NCBI RefSeq assembly: GCF_006345805.1 | Contig: NC_043003.1 | Span: 19,716,001-19,780,000, forward strand | From: Octopus sinensis | Taxonomy: Eukaryota | Direction: 5' to 3' | DNA: 64,000 nt | In this document: positions 22,033-34,021 of the stretch, in pieces | Position numbering within the stretch: the first letter of the stretch is position 1 | Layout of the letters: each line of letters begins with the position of its first letter | Notes under the pieces: model-generated | Told to the model about the DNA's origin: nothing | The model's input: the letters and a program-made list of their open reading frames with translations, nothing else | Databases searched by the model: none | Made by a program: the position numbers and the translations under genes

Positions 22033-23912
22033 TTTCTCTAGCCACACAGGGCCAAACATAGAGGGGACAAACAAGGACAGACAATGTGGGGGAAAAATAG
22101 AAAAACGAATGAAAAAGGATGGAATTGAAAAATGAAAAATGAAATGAACGCCACTTGAGCTCACGACATGGAAGTTTCATTTACAACACATTAAATTGCT
22201 TTTTTTTGTTTTTCTTTTTTTTTTATTCTAAAACATCAGCTACACAGTCAAAATACTATGATAACAATAACAGTTCTATGTTGGATCCCATTATACGCAA
22301 TTACATGCTCTTTTTTTCTTTTTCCTTTTTTTGTACATAATTACAAAAATCACTCAATACTGTGGTAATCACTGTTCAAGCTGAGTGAAAACTTCAAGGC
22401 TACAACCATCTTTCGTTCCTATTATTTCTGGGTAAATTACGTTCAATTTTACCTTAGGCTGTAACGAGTTCAGGTCGACGTCTCTTCCCGTGTTGTAGAC
22501 AACTCTCTTGTACTTGTCTTTTAACTTGTGATAATTCTTCTTCAACATGAGGGAACATCTTACACCCGGGCGTAACCCCTCACAATCCTTCGTGTCCACC
22601 TCTATATCAGAGTTCACCATCTCAACTTCTTTTATCACTGAAACCTTTGCACTATTGTTTAAAACGATAAGGTACCTTTCTGTGGGTGGAGGATTGGGAA
22701 TTTGTGGCTCTTGCATGATTGCATTATTTGTGTTCATGTCTGGTGGAGCTGGGAGAGGGCCAGTGTCTGCAGGGGGAGAGGGTTCGGTACTTGGAGTGGG
22801 AGGGGAGGGACGGGAATGGGTTGGGACACCTCCTCGCTGGTTTGCTGCTTTCCTCCTTTCCTCCGCCACCCGCCCACCTCTGTCCATTCTGCCGATCTTT
22901 CCTTTTGCACCCCCTGGTTCCTCTTTTCCATCCCTCTCAGTTCCCGACGTTATGACTGTGGGAGACGCGGTCTCCACTGGATCTTTTTTTGGTCCTTCTA
23001 CGGGGGCAGGGGGAACACTTGGACCCCCCCCCATTACTTCCAACTATCCACAGTTGCAGCACCTCCGCCTCCTGCCCTCCACCACAACCCCAAGCCCCAC
23101 CTCGTCTCCCACCGTTATGGTGTTGACCATTTCTTTCATGTCATCTTGGACAACCTGGATTATCATCTCCAGTGTCCGCCCAAGCCAGCTCCTCGCTGGT
23201 ACCCTTGTCGCCTGTAGGATTGCAATCCCCTCCTCGAAGCCCATTAAAATTGCCGCCATTATCCAGCTTACGTCCACCTTCGGGGGTATCCCTTCCACCC
23301 TTACCCTTGATGCACGTCTTCCCAGATAGAAAGGTAGAAGGACTACCTCGTCTCTCTTCATGGAAGTCGTGGAATGATACCTGGCTATCGCCTCGCTGGC
23401 AAACCGCACTTCCACCGTCACGAACTTCGTCCCTCCGGCAAGGCAGGTAATGTCCCGCCAGATGGGTCTCAGTGCCCCCTCCATTTGTTCCCTTGCCATC
23501 ATCTCCATTTTGTTGGGCTTATATGTTCTGTACGTGACACTTCCTTTCTTGATAAATCTTGTGTTGTCGCCGGGGGTGACGCCTTCACTTCGTGTCCCTG
23601 TCTCTTCAACACTTCTTTGCATTTTTGCATTTCCTCCCCGTTGATACAAATTTCCTCCTTCCTATCACCAGCCGCAGCTGCAAAGTCCATCTTCTTTTCC
23701 TCCGTTATTTTGTCAATCTTTTTCAGACCTCCTCTCAGGTCCTCCTCGGACTAGGTCATCGGGAACCAACCAAGACTCTCACAGTCCATCCTTGCTTTCA
23801 CAGCACTTTCCCCTTCAACCGAGAGAAAACGCAAACGGTACCGCCGCAAGGCAGCAAGAACAGAGTGTAGAAAAACACGAAACAAGAGAACAACGTTAAT
23901 TCAAACTAACAC
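22033..23912 (-). mobile_element. ORF1-only Tx1-family element with intact 3' tail (HAL1-like non-autonomous derivative)
   Basis: ORF1 (about 23690 to 22369; one frameshift, one stop at 23044) is homologous to the neighbouring ORF1 (LRPIWRDITCLAGGTKFVTVEVRF..EVVLLPFYLGRR vs LEPVWKDVAYVARGRKFASIEVRF..EVVLLPS). It is followed by about 330 bp AT-rich UTR ending ...gtttggccctgtgtggcta; no EN/RT in between. Confidence 0.75.
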
Positions 23913-24579
23913 ACAAACTTCACCCCGACCGCTACTATTTATAATTGCTCGGTTCAGTCTATTTCTCGCAATAGGGGCGTCGTGACTCTCATCACAATAC
24001 ATACATACACACATACATACATGAGTATATCTAGACATGCAACTATATGCATGAGAATACATACATAAAACAAAATACACAAATCTGCACATATACATAC
24101 AAAAATACTCTGTTGATGTTGAAATACCAATGAAGGAGCCATGGATCTAGGTTAGAAACCGACCCTTTCTCTATTGGCAAGAAATCTTGAAATAAAACTG
24201 AATAATGACATACACACATACACACACACACACACACACACGCACACACATATGTATGCAAAATTTAGGCTAGTTAAAATATGTTTGTGACAAATTTCAA
24301 CTGCTAAAAGGCAAATTCACTGCAATTACCGCAGAGAAAATATTTCACTTATGGTAAAAATGTGTAAAAACACCACATTTGTTCAGTGTTGCCATCTCTC
24401 AGGAATCCCAGACACCGATGTTTCAAGTTATTTGGCTCTTATCAATGAAATTTTGCCTCTCTTAGGTATATCCCATTGATTAGTGCCAAGTAACTTGAAA
24501 TATGCCTAAACACTGACATTTCGTTATATGTCTGTCTGTTCAGACATATATATTCTGTTCAGAGTCAAAACTGTTGAAA

Positions 24580-24780
24580 AGGTTGCAAGACGCAACGAAA
24601 ATTTTAGGAAAATAGAAATAAGAAAAAAGTGGAAATTTTACCGGTGAGTGTGTTACATTATAAGGCACAAAAAGAAAATGACTCTCCCCAGACTCAACAG
24701 AATATGCTTCAACACACGAACTCATATAAAGAATCTTGCAAACCAAATCCAAAAACGAAATATATATGTATATAATTTAT
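24580..24780 (-). repeat. Penelope-associated dispersed repeat (second copy at 29150-29330)
   Basis: Near-identical gaaaaggttgcaagacgcaacgaaaattttagg...ttaccggtgagtgtg...gaatcttgca at both loci, flanked by (TA)n. Confidence 0.5.
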
Positions 24781-25524
24781 ATATATATATATATACACAC
24801 GACAGGCATCTTTCAGTTTATGTCTACCAAATCCACCTATAAGTATTTGGTATGCCTGGGGTTATAGTAGAAAACTCTTGCCCAAGGTGCCAAACAGTGA
24901 GATTGAACCTGAAACCATATGGTTGAGAAACGAACTTAAAACAAAATCATACCTGTTCACAACACTTCTTTTTCTAGGGAAGATACAGTTGATTATATTG
25001 ACTTAAAGAATGATAAATACATTTGATTTCAGTGGATGTGAACTGTATGTATCAAAGCACAGGAGGAAAAATATATCATCTTTATGCAAAAAACATCTTT
25101 ATGCAAAAAATATCTTTATGAAAAAAAAAAAGAATCAAAAAGAAACGCAAACAAACAAAGAAACAAACCAGTATTTGCTTTTACAATTTCGGCTACAGTT
25201 CTGTGAAGTAGTAAATGTCAAGCCCATTCCTATTAATTTTGCAATAACACATGGCGACCACCGTTCTCTTACAACATACCCGGAGACAGACCACATCACG
25301 ATGACATTTTCAGACATCTGCTTATGATGTAGATTACGTTTTAGATATTAATCTCATATAATCTACCTTGGTTGTTACAGTGAGGTTGTTTTATCTCATT
25401 CTGTATGTCTTCTGTGCTATCAGGTATTTTGTTATTTTCTATTTTCGGATAGCAAAAACTCTCCTCAACATGAGAGCTAAAATATCGGTCGTCATCTTCA
25501 AAATAGACTACTCTGGTTGTTTGC

Positions 25525-26052
25525 ATAAGTGTTACGCTGAAGCTTGTATTGTGACCCCCTTCGGTCATGAATGACTGTGGGATTGCACCTAGAAAGTTAC
25601 CCTCCGAGGCACATGTCTGGGCAAAGTTGTTTTTTGAAGACCAGCAGTCGCCCACGCATACCAGCTTCCCCTCTCCACGCCATCAGTGTTATCCAAGGGA
25701 AAGGCAAAGGCCGATACAGCTTGGTATGCAGCTCATTTATTAACGTGCAAGTGGCTGAGCACTCCACAGACACGTGTACCCTTAACGTAGTTCTCGGGGA
25801 GATTCAGCGTGACACAGAGTGTGACAAGGCTGGCCCTTTGAAATACAGATAGAACAGAAACAGGAAGAAAGAGTGAGAGAAAATTGTGGTGAAAGAGTAC
25901 AGCAGGGTTCACCACCATCCCCTGCAGGAGCCTCGTGGAGCTTTAGGTATTTTCGCTCAATAAACACTCACAATGCCCGGTCTGGGAATCGAAACTGCGA
26001 TCCCACGACCGCGAGTCTGCTGCCCTAACCACTGGGCCATTGCGCCTCCACA
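25525..26052 (-). mobile_element. Composite SINE: family D head plus tails X and Z
   Basis: ggaggcgcaatggcccagtgg head at 26050; tail X at 25740-25850; tail Z at 25525-25730 (shared with 35230-35400). Confidence 0.65.
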
Positions 26053-26635
26053 CGCTGAAGCTTACTTACGAGATATCTATGCGCAATCTTCTGCTAATAA
26101 GCAGAAGGCTTTCTTCGTATGTTCTGTTGCTCTAGAAGCGTGCAACTTCCCAGGGCGTGTATCTTTGGTTATCATCCATCTCTCATATTGCTATTTAATT
26201 CATGTATACAGATTTGTTCCTTGAATGAACTTCGACACTTGTTGGTTAGTTAATGCTAACGAACAGATATGATGCGACAAGCAAATGCAGTTTGAATCAC
26301 TTTTAAACCTCTTCAGCCATATTTTCGGCTTGAGAAAACACATACTATCGATGTAGAAATTTATGGGAGTTTTTAAATAGTTTACAGGTTTTAATATCAA
26401 CTGCTCGGATCTCATCTAGTGCCCAATCGACAACCTAAGTATTGACAAGAGTATTAGAACAGTAAAAAAATTTCAGGAGAGTTCTGAAGGCTATATTATC
26501 CTTCATCTGGTTGTTATATTCTCTTGTTTTGAGTTCAGGGTTACAAGTATTTGTCATAAAAATGTCTTTCGGAATCCCTAGATATTTGTAACATTCCCCT
26601 TTAGATATCGAAGAAGTAATAAGTAGTGGCTACAA

Positions 26636-27360
<725 letters not shown>

Positions 27361-28359
27361 TTCTGCCTCATTCTTATGTCTTCCCTGTCTCAAGCTCATC
27401 CTATATTGTTGTATCCGATATTATTTATGACATTTAACTCAAGCCAATCAACTTCAACAATACGAATTGTGTCCTGGTGTCATTCTGTCTTTTATCCGTT
27501 AATCCGATAGATATACTGCTGTAGCGAAACGTTTATCTCAGTGGATAACCGACGTCCCCCACCTTCTGCTGTGTCAATCGATATATTATTGTATGGAGTT
27601 GGAATTAATCTCTGTCGTAGAGACATAATTGATCTTATTAAGCTTGGAAAAGGCGGTGGCGTGTTTGGGTGTTTGAGTTCGGTTGGGTTTTAAGGGAGGG
27701 TGGCGGTGGTGACCTAATGACCTAACTACACGATGTTGGTCAAGCACTAAACTTTCTTTCTCTCTCTTTCTCTCTATATCTCTCTCTCACACACACAAGC
27801 ACAATCACACAGACATACAGACACACACACGTGCGTGCTGGGTGAGGATGGATGTGTGTGTATTTTTTATCTCCTACTTGCTTCAGTCATTTGACTGCGG
27901 CCATGGTGGGGCACCACCACAAAAGGTTTTAGTCAAACAAATCGATCCTCTAATTATATATATATATATTATATATATATATATATCTATATTATATATA
28001 TATAAATAAAATAATAAATAAATAAATAAATAAATAAGTAAATAATAAATAAATAAGTATATATATATACATACATATACATATATACACACAGAGGAGT
28101 CTATTGTAATCCATAGGCAAGAGAGGTGCAGCTGAAGTGTAGGAAGTCCAGTAGAAGTTGGTGGGTGATGAGAGAAGACAGGTAGAATCCGTAGAAGTTC
28201 GGGTGTGATGAGAGGAGACAGGATCAACTGGTGCTACCACGTGAGCATGTAATATATGGGGAAAATTCACAAAAAAAAAACAAAACAAAACAAAAGACGA
28301 AGACAAGTGGTGTAGACAACAAATAGATGTATTAGTATAACGCTCGGGAAGGGAAAAGT

Positions 28360-28391
28360 CTTTAACGTTTCGAGCCTACGCTCTTCCACAG
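28360..28391 (-). ncRNA. Hammerhead-like motif, variant core CUGUGGA, 5' helix I strand missing
   Basis: CTGTGGA-A-GAGC(gtag)GCTC-GAAA-CGTT-AAAG. Confidence 0.45.
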
Positions 28392-28464
28392 GTCCGGCCT
28401 TCGCCATGATAGATCGCTAGCTACCACACATTCTTTATTTTCCTCCTTGTTTCTTTCTGTGTTC

Positions 28465-28500
28465 CTTTCTGTGGAAGAGGGTAGGCTCGAAACGTTAAAG
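28465..28500 (+). ncRNA. Hammerhead-like motif, variant core CUGUGGA
   Basis: CTTT-CTGTGGA-A-GAGG(gtag)GCTC-GAAA-CGT-T-AAAG; helix I CTTT/AAAG. Confidence 0.5.
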
Positions 28501-28597
28501 ACTTTTTCCCTTCCCGAGCGTTATACTAATACATGTTTGTTGTCTACACCACCTGTCTTCGTCTTTTGTTGTTTTTTGCGAATTCTCCGCCCCTATA

Positions 28598-28661
<64 letters not shown>

Positions 28662-28773
28662 ATATAGTTAATTAAAAAAGGGAGGGAAAAAGACAACAAG
28701 AAAAAAATCAACATGTGAGGACGTAGTTCATGCACTGTATTGAGACAGTCAGAGAAGGAAAGGAAGTGTGGTT

Positions 28774-28817
28774 GTTTTACGTTTCGAGCATAGATCGTCT
28801 AGATCGTCTTCAGAAAC
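28774..28817 (-). ncRNA. Hammerhead-like motif with stem II disrupted by a short duplication
   Basis: GTTT-CTGAAGA-cgatctagacgatctatgctc-GAAA-CGT-A-AAAC. Confidence 0.45.
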
Positions 28818-29101
28818 AGGAGAACAGGAGACATAGGAAAGTCCAAAAAGAAAAGTAAGAAAGAGGAAAAAAGTCGCCATACATATATATATACACGGCG
28901 GCCTTCTTTTAGTTTCCGCCTATAAAGTCCACCAAGGCTTTGTCCAACGTGCCACGTAGTGGACCTGAACCCGGAACCATGTGGATGGGAAGAAAGCTTC
29001 TTACCATACAACCACACCTGCCCCAACATGACTGCAGCTTTCGAGCAGAAACTGTTTAAAGAGTTAAAGTGTGTGTGTGTGTATATGTATGTATGTATGC
29101 A

Positions 29102-29132
<31 letters not shown>

Positions 29133-29402
29133 ATATATATATTGAAAAGGTTGCAAGACGCAACGAAAATTTTAGGAAAATAGAAATAAGGAATAAGTGG
29201 AAATTTTACCGGTGAGTGTGTTAAATTATAAGGCACAAAAAGAAAATGACTCTCCCAGACACAACAGAATATGCTTCAACACACGAACTCACATAAAGAA
29301 TCTTGCAGACCAAATCCAAAAACGATATGTGATCTCTTGAGCACCACCAGCAAAAATATTTTTTTCCTCTGTCTTCCCTTCTCGGAATCTTTCCTTCTCC
29401 TT

Positions 29403-29437
29403 GTTTCCGACGAAGAGCTCCGCTCGAAACGTTAAAC
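29403..29437 (+). ncRNA. Minimal hammerhead motif (U4C variant)
   Basis: GTTT-CCGACGA-A-GAGC(tcc)GCTC-GAAA-CGT-T-AAAC. Confidence 0.6.
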
Positions 29438-30161
29438 CCTCCTTCCCTTCTTTCCTGAGCGTCAAATAATACTTTAATTGTTCCACGTCCTCGCGTTGCT
29501 GTGTTTTTTTCTATGTTTTCTTGTTTGGATTAACTATATATATATACATACACACAAAGTATGGGGGTTTACTTCATAGGTGATCTAAACGATTAGATAC
29601 GCTAGGTAAGTGCTGTAACGGATTGCTGGGGCTACAAGGAGCCATTGCAGATTTCCAATGCAGCGCAAATATAATTGTTAAAGAGGACGTCAAACATTAA
29701 GGCAAGGAAAACATCTCAAGTCATATGCTCTTTTATGTTAAACTGTCAGATATCTAAATTTACCAAAATGCGTTTTTTTCAATATTTATTTTTGCTTGCA
29801 ATAGCCGATTTTTTTTGGTCAAACTATCGTAACTCCAACTGCTTCAGATGCCAAGATATCAAAAATTGTCAAAGTGTTGTACAACAGTTTTGCTATGGAA
29901 TGGTGAAACTATTTTTTCGTTTTCTGAAAAAGCAACGTTTTGGACTTCTGACACTTTGCATAATGGCAGCGATACATACATACATACATACATACATACA
30001 TACATACATACATACAAACATACATACATACATACATACATGCATACATACATACATACAGTTAATCCAAACATGAAAACACAAAGAGAAAGCACAACAG
30101 CGCGAGGACGTGGAACAAATATAGTATTATTGGACGCTCAGGAAGGAAGGGAAGAAGGAGG

Positions 30162-30196
30162 GTTTAACGTTTCGAGCGGAGCTCTTCGTCAGAAAC
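30162..30196 (-). ncRNA. Minimal type I hammerhead ribozyme motif, canonical core
   Basis: GTTT-CTGACGA-A-GAGC(tcc)GCTC-GAAA-CGT-T-AAAC: CUGANGA/GAAA core, 4-bp stem II, palindromic ACGU stem III, NUH site, helix I GTTT/AAAC. Confidence 0.72.
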
Positions 30197-30295
30197 ATAG
30201 GAAAAGGAAAGATCCAGACAAGGGAAGACGGAGGAAAAAAATCGCCAACGGTACACACGCAGCCATACATACATACATACATACATACATACATA

Positions 30296-30327
<32 letters not shown>

Positions 30328-30332
<5 letters not shown>

Positions 30333-30431
30333 ATATAGAAGGAGCTTCTACAGGACTAGAACTGTTTTCATTCAAGAGAATCTTCAGGAAGAAACAGTTC
30401 TAGTCCTGTAGAAGCTCCTTCTATATAATAA
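30328..30431. repeat. Perfect 40-bp-arm inverted repeat, 24-nt loop
   Basis: ttattatatagaaggagcttctacaggactagaactgttt / aaacagttctagtcctgtagaagctccttctatataataa. Confidence 0.9.
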
Positions 30432-30502
30432 ATTAATTTTACTCTGCTATGTATTGAGTACCTTATTTACTGTGGTTAACCCCGAATCAACCCGGGACCT
30501 AC

Positions 30503-30578
<76 letters not shown>

Positions 30579-30628
30579 TGTATGTGCGTGTGTATCTGTG
30601 TGTGTGTTCATATATATATTTGTGTGCG

Positions 30629-30744
<116 letters not shown>

Positions 30745-30962
30745 TAAACACGCATACAGAGATAGAGATAGGTAGATAGATACATAGAGAAAGACAGGAT
30801 AAAGATAGAGAGAGAGAGTGTGTGTGAGTAGTTAGATGGAAGTGGACACAGAAACTATATATACACGCATATATAGAAACATAGAAACATACACACACAT
30901 ATAATGTGTGAGTCTGTGTGTGTGTTCATATATGTGTGTGTGTTCATATATGTGTGTATATG

Positions 30963-30997
<35 letters not shown>

Positions 30998-31022
30998 ATA
31001 CATGTATGTGGTTATCTGTTTG

Positions 31023-31089
<67 letters not shown>

Positions 31090-31146
31090 GTCTATCTATC
31101 TATCTATACACATACACACATATACAGAGATAGAGAGACAGACAGG

Positions 31147-31196
<50 letters not shown>

Positions 31197-31378
31197 AAGA
31201 GAGAGAGAGAGAGAGAAGGAGAGAGAAGAGCAGAGAGATAGAAATAAGGAGCGGGGATTGACGCTCCATGACACTGAAATGTCCGTGAAATTAAAGAGGA
31301 TTTGACGAAGGTATTAAACGTTAATATCCTGTCCGATAGTCTTTATTAAGTTGACCTCCCACTAAAGGGTGATGGGAT

Positions 31379-31427
<49 letters not shown>

Positions 31428-31644
31428 GCAAAACCGAACGAACACACCCAAGGTGTGTGTGTTGTTAGTTCGTGGGTCGTGTGTATGTGTGTTCGATTTT
31501 GTTTATATACTTCGAGCTGCTTCTAATTCATATTGAATTTGTGTGTGTATATATATATATATAAGTGTGTGTATGTATGTTTTGTATGTATGTATGTATG
31601 TATGTATTGTATATACATATTATATATACATTTTTATATATATA

Positions 31645-31687
<43 letters not shown>

Positions 31688-31939
31688 ATATATATATTAT
31701 ATAATATATATAGATATAGATATATAGATAATTAATAATATCAGGGTAATAAAGATTATAGAAATTTTTACTACCAGTGGCCTAGCGTATAGAAAAATTA
31801 GCCAATAGACTATATACTATTCATATAAAATACAGTGTACATTTAAACACATTAAGAGGCTTCGATCATAGGACTCCCTTACGCTAGAAAGAACAGCTAA
31901 AGTCCAAACCACTAATTAGGGATAAATTCTCGCAGGGAG

Positions 31940-32054
31940 TGAAAAATAAAAACATTTACCATTTATTTCCTGGATCATGGTTTCTGACTTTTTTGCCCCC
32001 AAAAAGTCAGAAACCATGGTCCAGGAAATAGATGGTAAATGTTTTTATTTTTCA
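31940..32054. repeat. 54-bp-arm hairpin, 7-nt loop
   Basis: 52/54 Watson-Crick; both mismatches are T opposite G on the plus strand. Confidence 0.9.
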
Positions 32055-32083
32055 TAGAAGCATGATCATAGAAGCATGTACAG

Positions 32084-32871
32084 CAGTGATTCTCAACCGG
32101 AGTCTATATAAGTTTTTGTTGTGAAAATTTATGTGCAATAAATTGCTTAGATTTCTACAATACACAAAACTATTCAAACAAGTTTTGTTTCATTTATCTA
32201 CTAATAATATTTAATTGTCCTTTCTATTGGAAGCACGAGGTCTCAAATTCGGGGGATGGGATTAAGTCGATTACATCGATCCAGTGCGTAACTGGTACTT
32301 ATTTCATCGACCCCGAAAGGATGAAAGGCAAAGTCGACCCCGGTGGCATTCTTTTCTACTCTAGGCACAAGCCCCGAAATTTTTGGGGAGGGGCCAGTCG
32401 ATTAGATCGACCCCAGTACGCAACTGATACTTGATTTATCGACTCCGAAAGGATGAAAGGCAAAGTCGACCTCGGCGGAATTTGAACTCAGAACGTAGCG
32501 GCAGACGAAATACCTATTTCTTTACTACCCACAAGGGGCTAAACACAGAAAGGACAAATAAGGACAGACAAACGGATTAAGTCGATTACATCGACCCCAG
32601 TGCGTAACTGGTACTTAATTTATCGACCCCGAAAGGATGAAAGGCAAAGTCGACCTCGGCGGAATTTGAACTCAGAACGTAACGGCAGACGAAATACCGC
32701 TAAGCATTTCGCCCGGCGTGCTAACGATTCTGCCAGCTCACCGCCTTGCTAATAATATTTAATTATAAAAGTACAACAGGATTTTTTAAAACATTGAATG
32801 GCTATAGGAGTCCACCGAATAAAATATAAATCAAAGGAGTCCATCGATAAAAAAATGGCTGAGAACCACTG
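32084..32871. mobile_element. hAT MITE with nested SINE A multimer
   Basis: TIRs CAGTGATTCTCAAC / GCTGAGAACCACTG; TSD atgtacag / atgtgcag. Confidence 0.75.
32215..32748 (-). mobile_element. SINE family A multimer (one head, about 3 bodies)
   Basis: Three gaccccgaaaggatgaaaggcaaagtcgac blocks; a single head ...ctgccagctcaccgcc. Confidence 0.8.
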
Positions 32872-33287
32872 ATGTGCAGTGTTGCTGTTATTTAGCCACG
32901 GGTCAATTCTGTTCAAGCACACCTATGATAAAAAGCTTCTCAGCTGCGACTACCTCGTACTTTTCCTCGGCTCAGTACATTCAGTTATAACCTTCATTGA
33001 ACGTTCAGAAGCAAGGAACGCAGAACCACTAAGTAAATACGCATCATCAAACCTTTGTTGGCGTAGAGAAACAGAATCAATTAGTGAATAAATGATTCAT
33101 GGATGCCATCTGCATGAAAACGCAATAGTTAAGCTAATTCTTACATATTTAATGAGTGGGCAGACATCAAGAAACTAATCAGAAATAATTATGCAATTAG
33201 ATGAAAAGGAATTTATTTAGTTTTGAATTCATGGAGGTTTGCCGCAGATAAAATATCTAAACATTTCATTAATAGTTTGTTCCTTTT

Positions 33288-33575
33288 CGAACCACGCCTG
33301 GCTCATAAGGGCCGGTTTCCCGGTTTCCTTGGCGTATAGGTTCCACACCTGGATGGGACGCCGGTCCGTCGCAGGTGAGCTGCAAGATGCAGGAGGAAAG
33401 AGTGAGAGAGAGTTGTGGCGAAAGAGTTAGCAGAAGTTCGCCATTACCTTCTGCCAGAGCCGTGTGTAGCTTAGGTGTTTCGCTCATAAACACACACTTC
33501 GACCTGTTTGAGATTTGAACCCGCGATCCCTCGATCGCGAGTCCGCTGCTCTAACCACTAGGCCATGTGCCTCCA
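33288..33575 (-). mobile_element. tRNA-derived SINE family D plus tail Y
   Basis: ggaggcacatggcctagtggttagagcagcgg...gggttcaaatctc; near-identical to 60615-60912. Confidence 0.8.
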
Positions 33576-33782
33576 ACATCATCATCATTTATAGTGTTCT
33601 AGTACAGCGACAATATTGATTTTCAGGAATTTTTGGTCCCAAAGTCTTTCCAAATGATTTTTGTTTCGAACCAGGAGTAGTCACCTTGGTCAACAAACTT
33701 TAAATTAAGCAAATATTAAATTTACTTAAATAATTAAATGAAACACAGGTACATGTACATTAGTATAGATTAGTGTGGATTA

Positions 33783-34016
33783 TTAAAGCTTCCAGACCAT
33801 CAGTGTCTGGAAAAAGGGATTTGTACTTGTAATCCAATAAAATAAATGGTTTATCACATCAGAACAGTTGTTACTTAGTAATGCAATTATCCTTCCATTC
33901 TGAAATGGTAAAGTGCCATTTGAGGGAGATTTAGTCTCTATCTCCAGCAGTAAAGCGGATAGTTTTGAAAGTATTGAAACGGACAAAAATTTCTTTTGTT
34001 CATCAAAATATCTCAT
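33783..34016 (-). pseudogene. Possible degenerate Penelope-like RT fragment
   Basis: RYFDE...LEIETK..NGTLPF...FYWITSTN loosely recalls PLE RYxDD...FTxExE..LPFLD...YxKxTxT. Weak. Confidence 0.3.
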
Positions 34017-34021
34017 ATAGA

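Noticed and set aside
25366-25517. Putative minus-strand exon RVVYFEDDDRY...PHCNNQG with a GT donor
   Set aside because: Weak acceptor, no compatible neighbouring exon, no recognisable homology; the opposite strand has faint PLE-like words, so its identity is unresolved.
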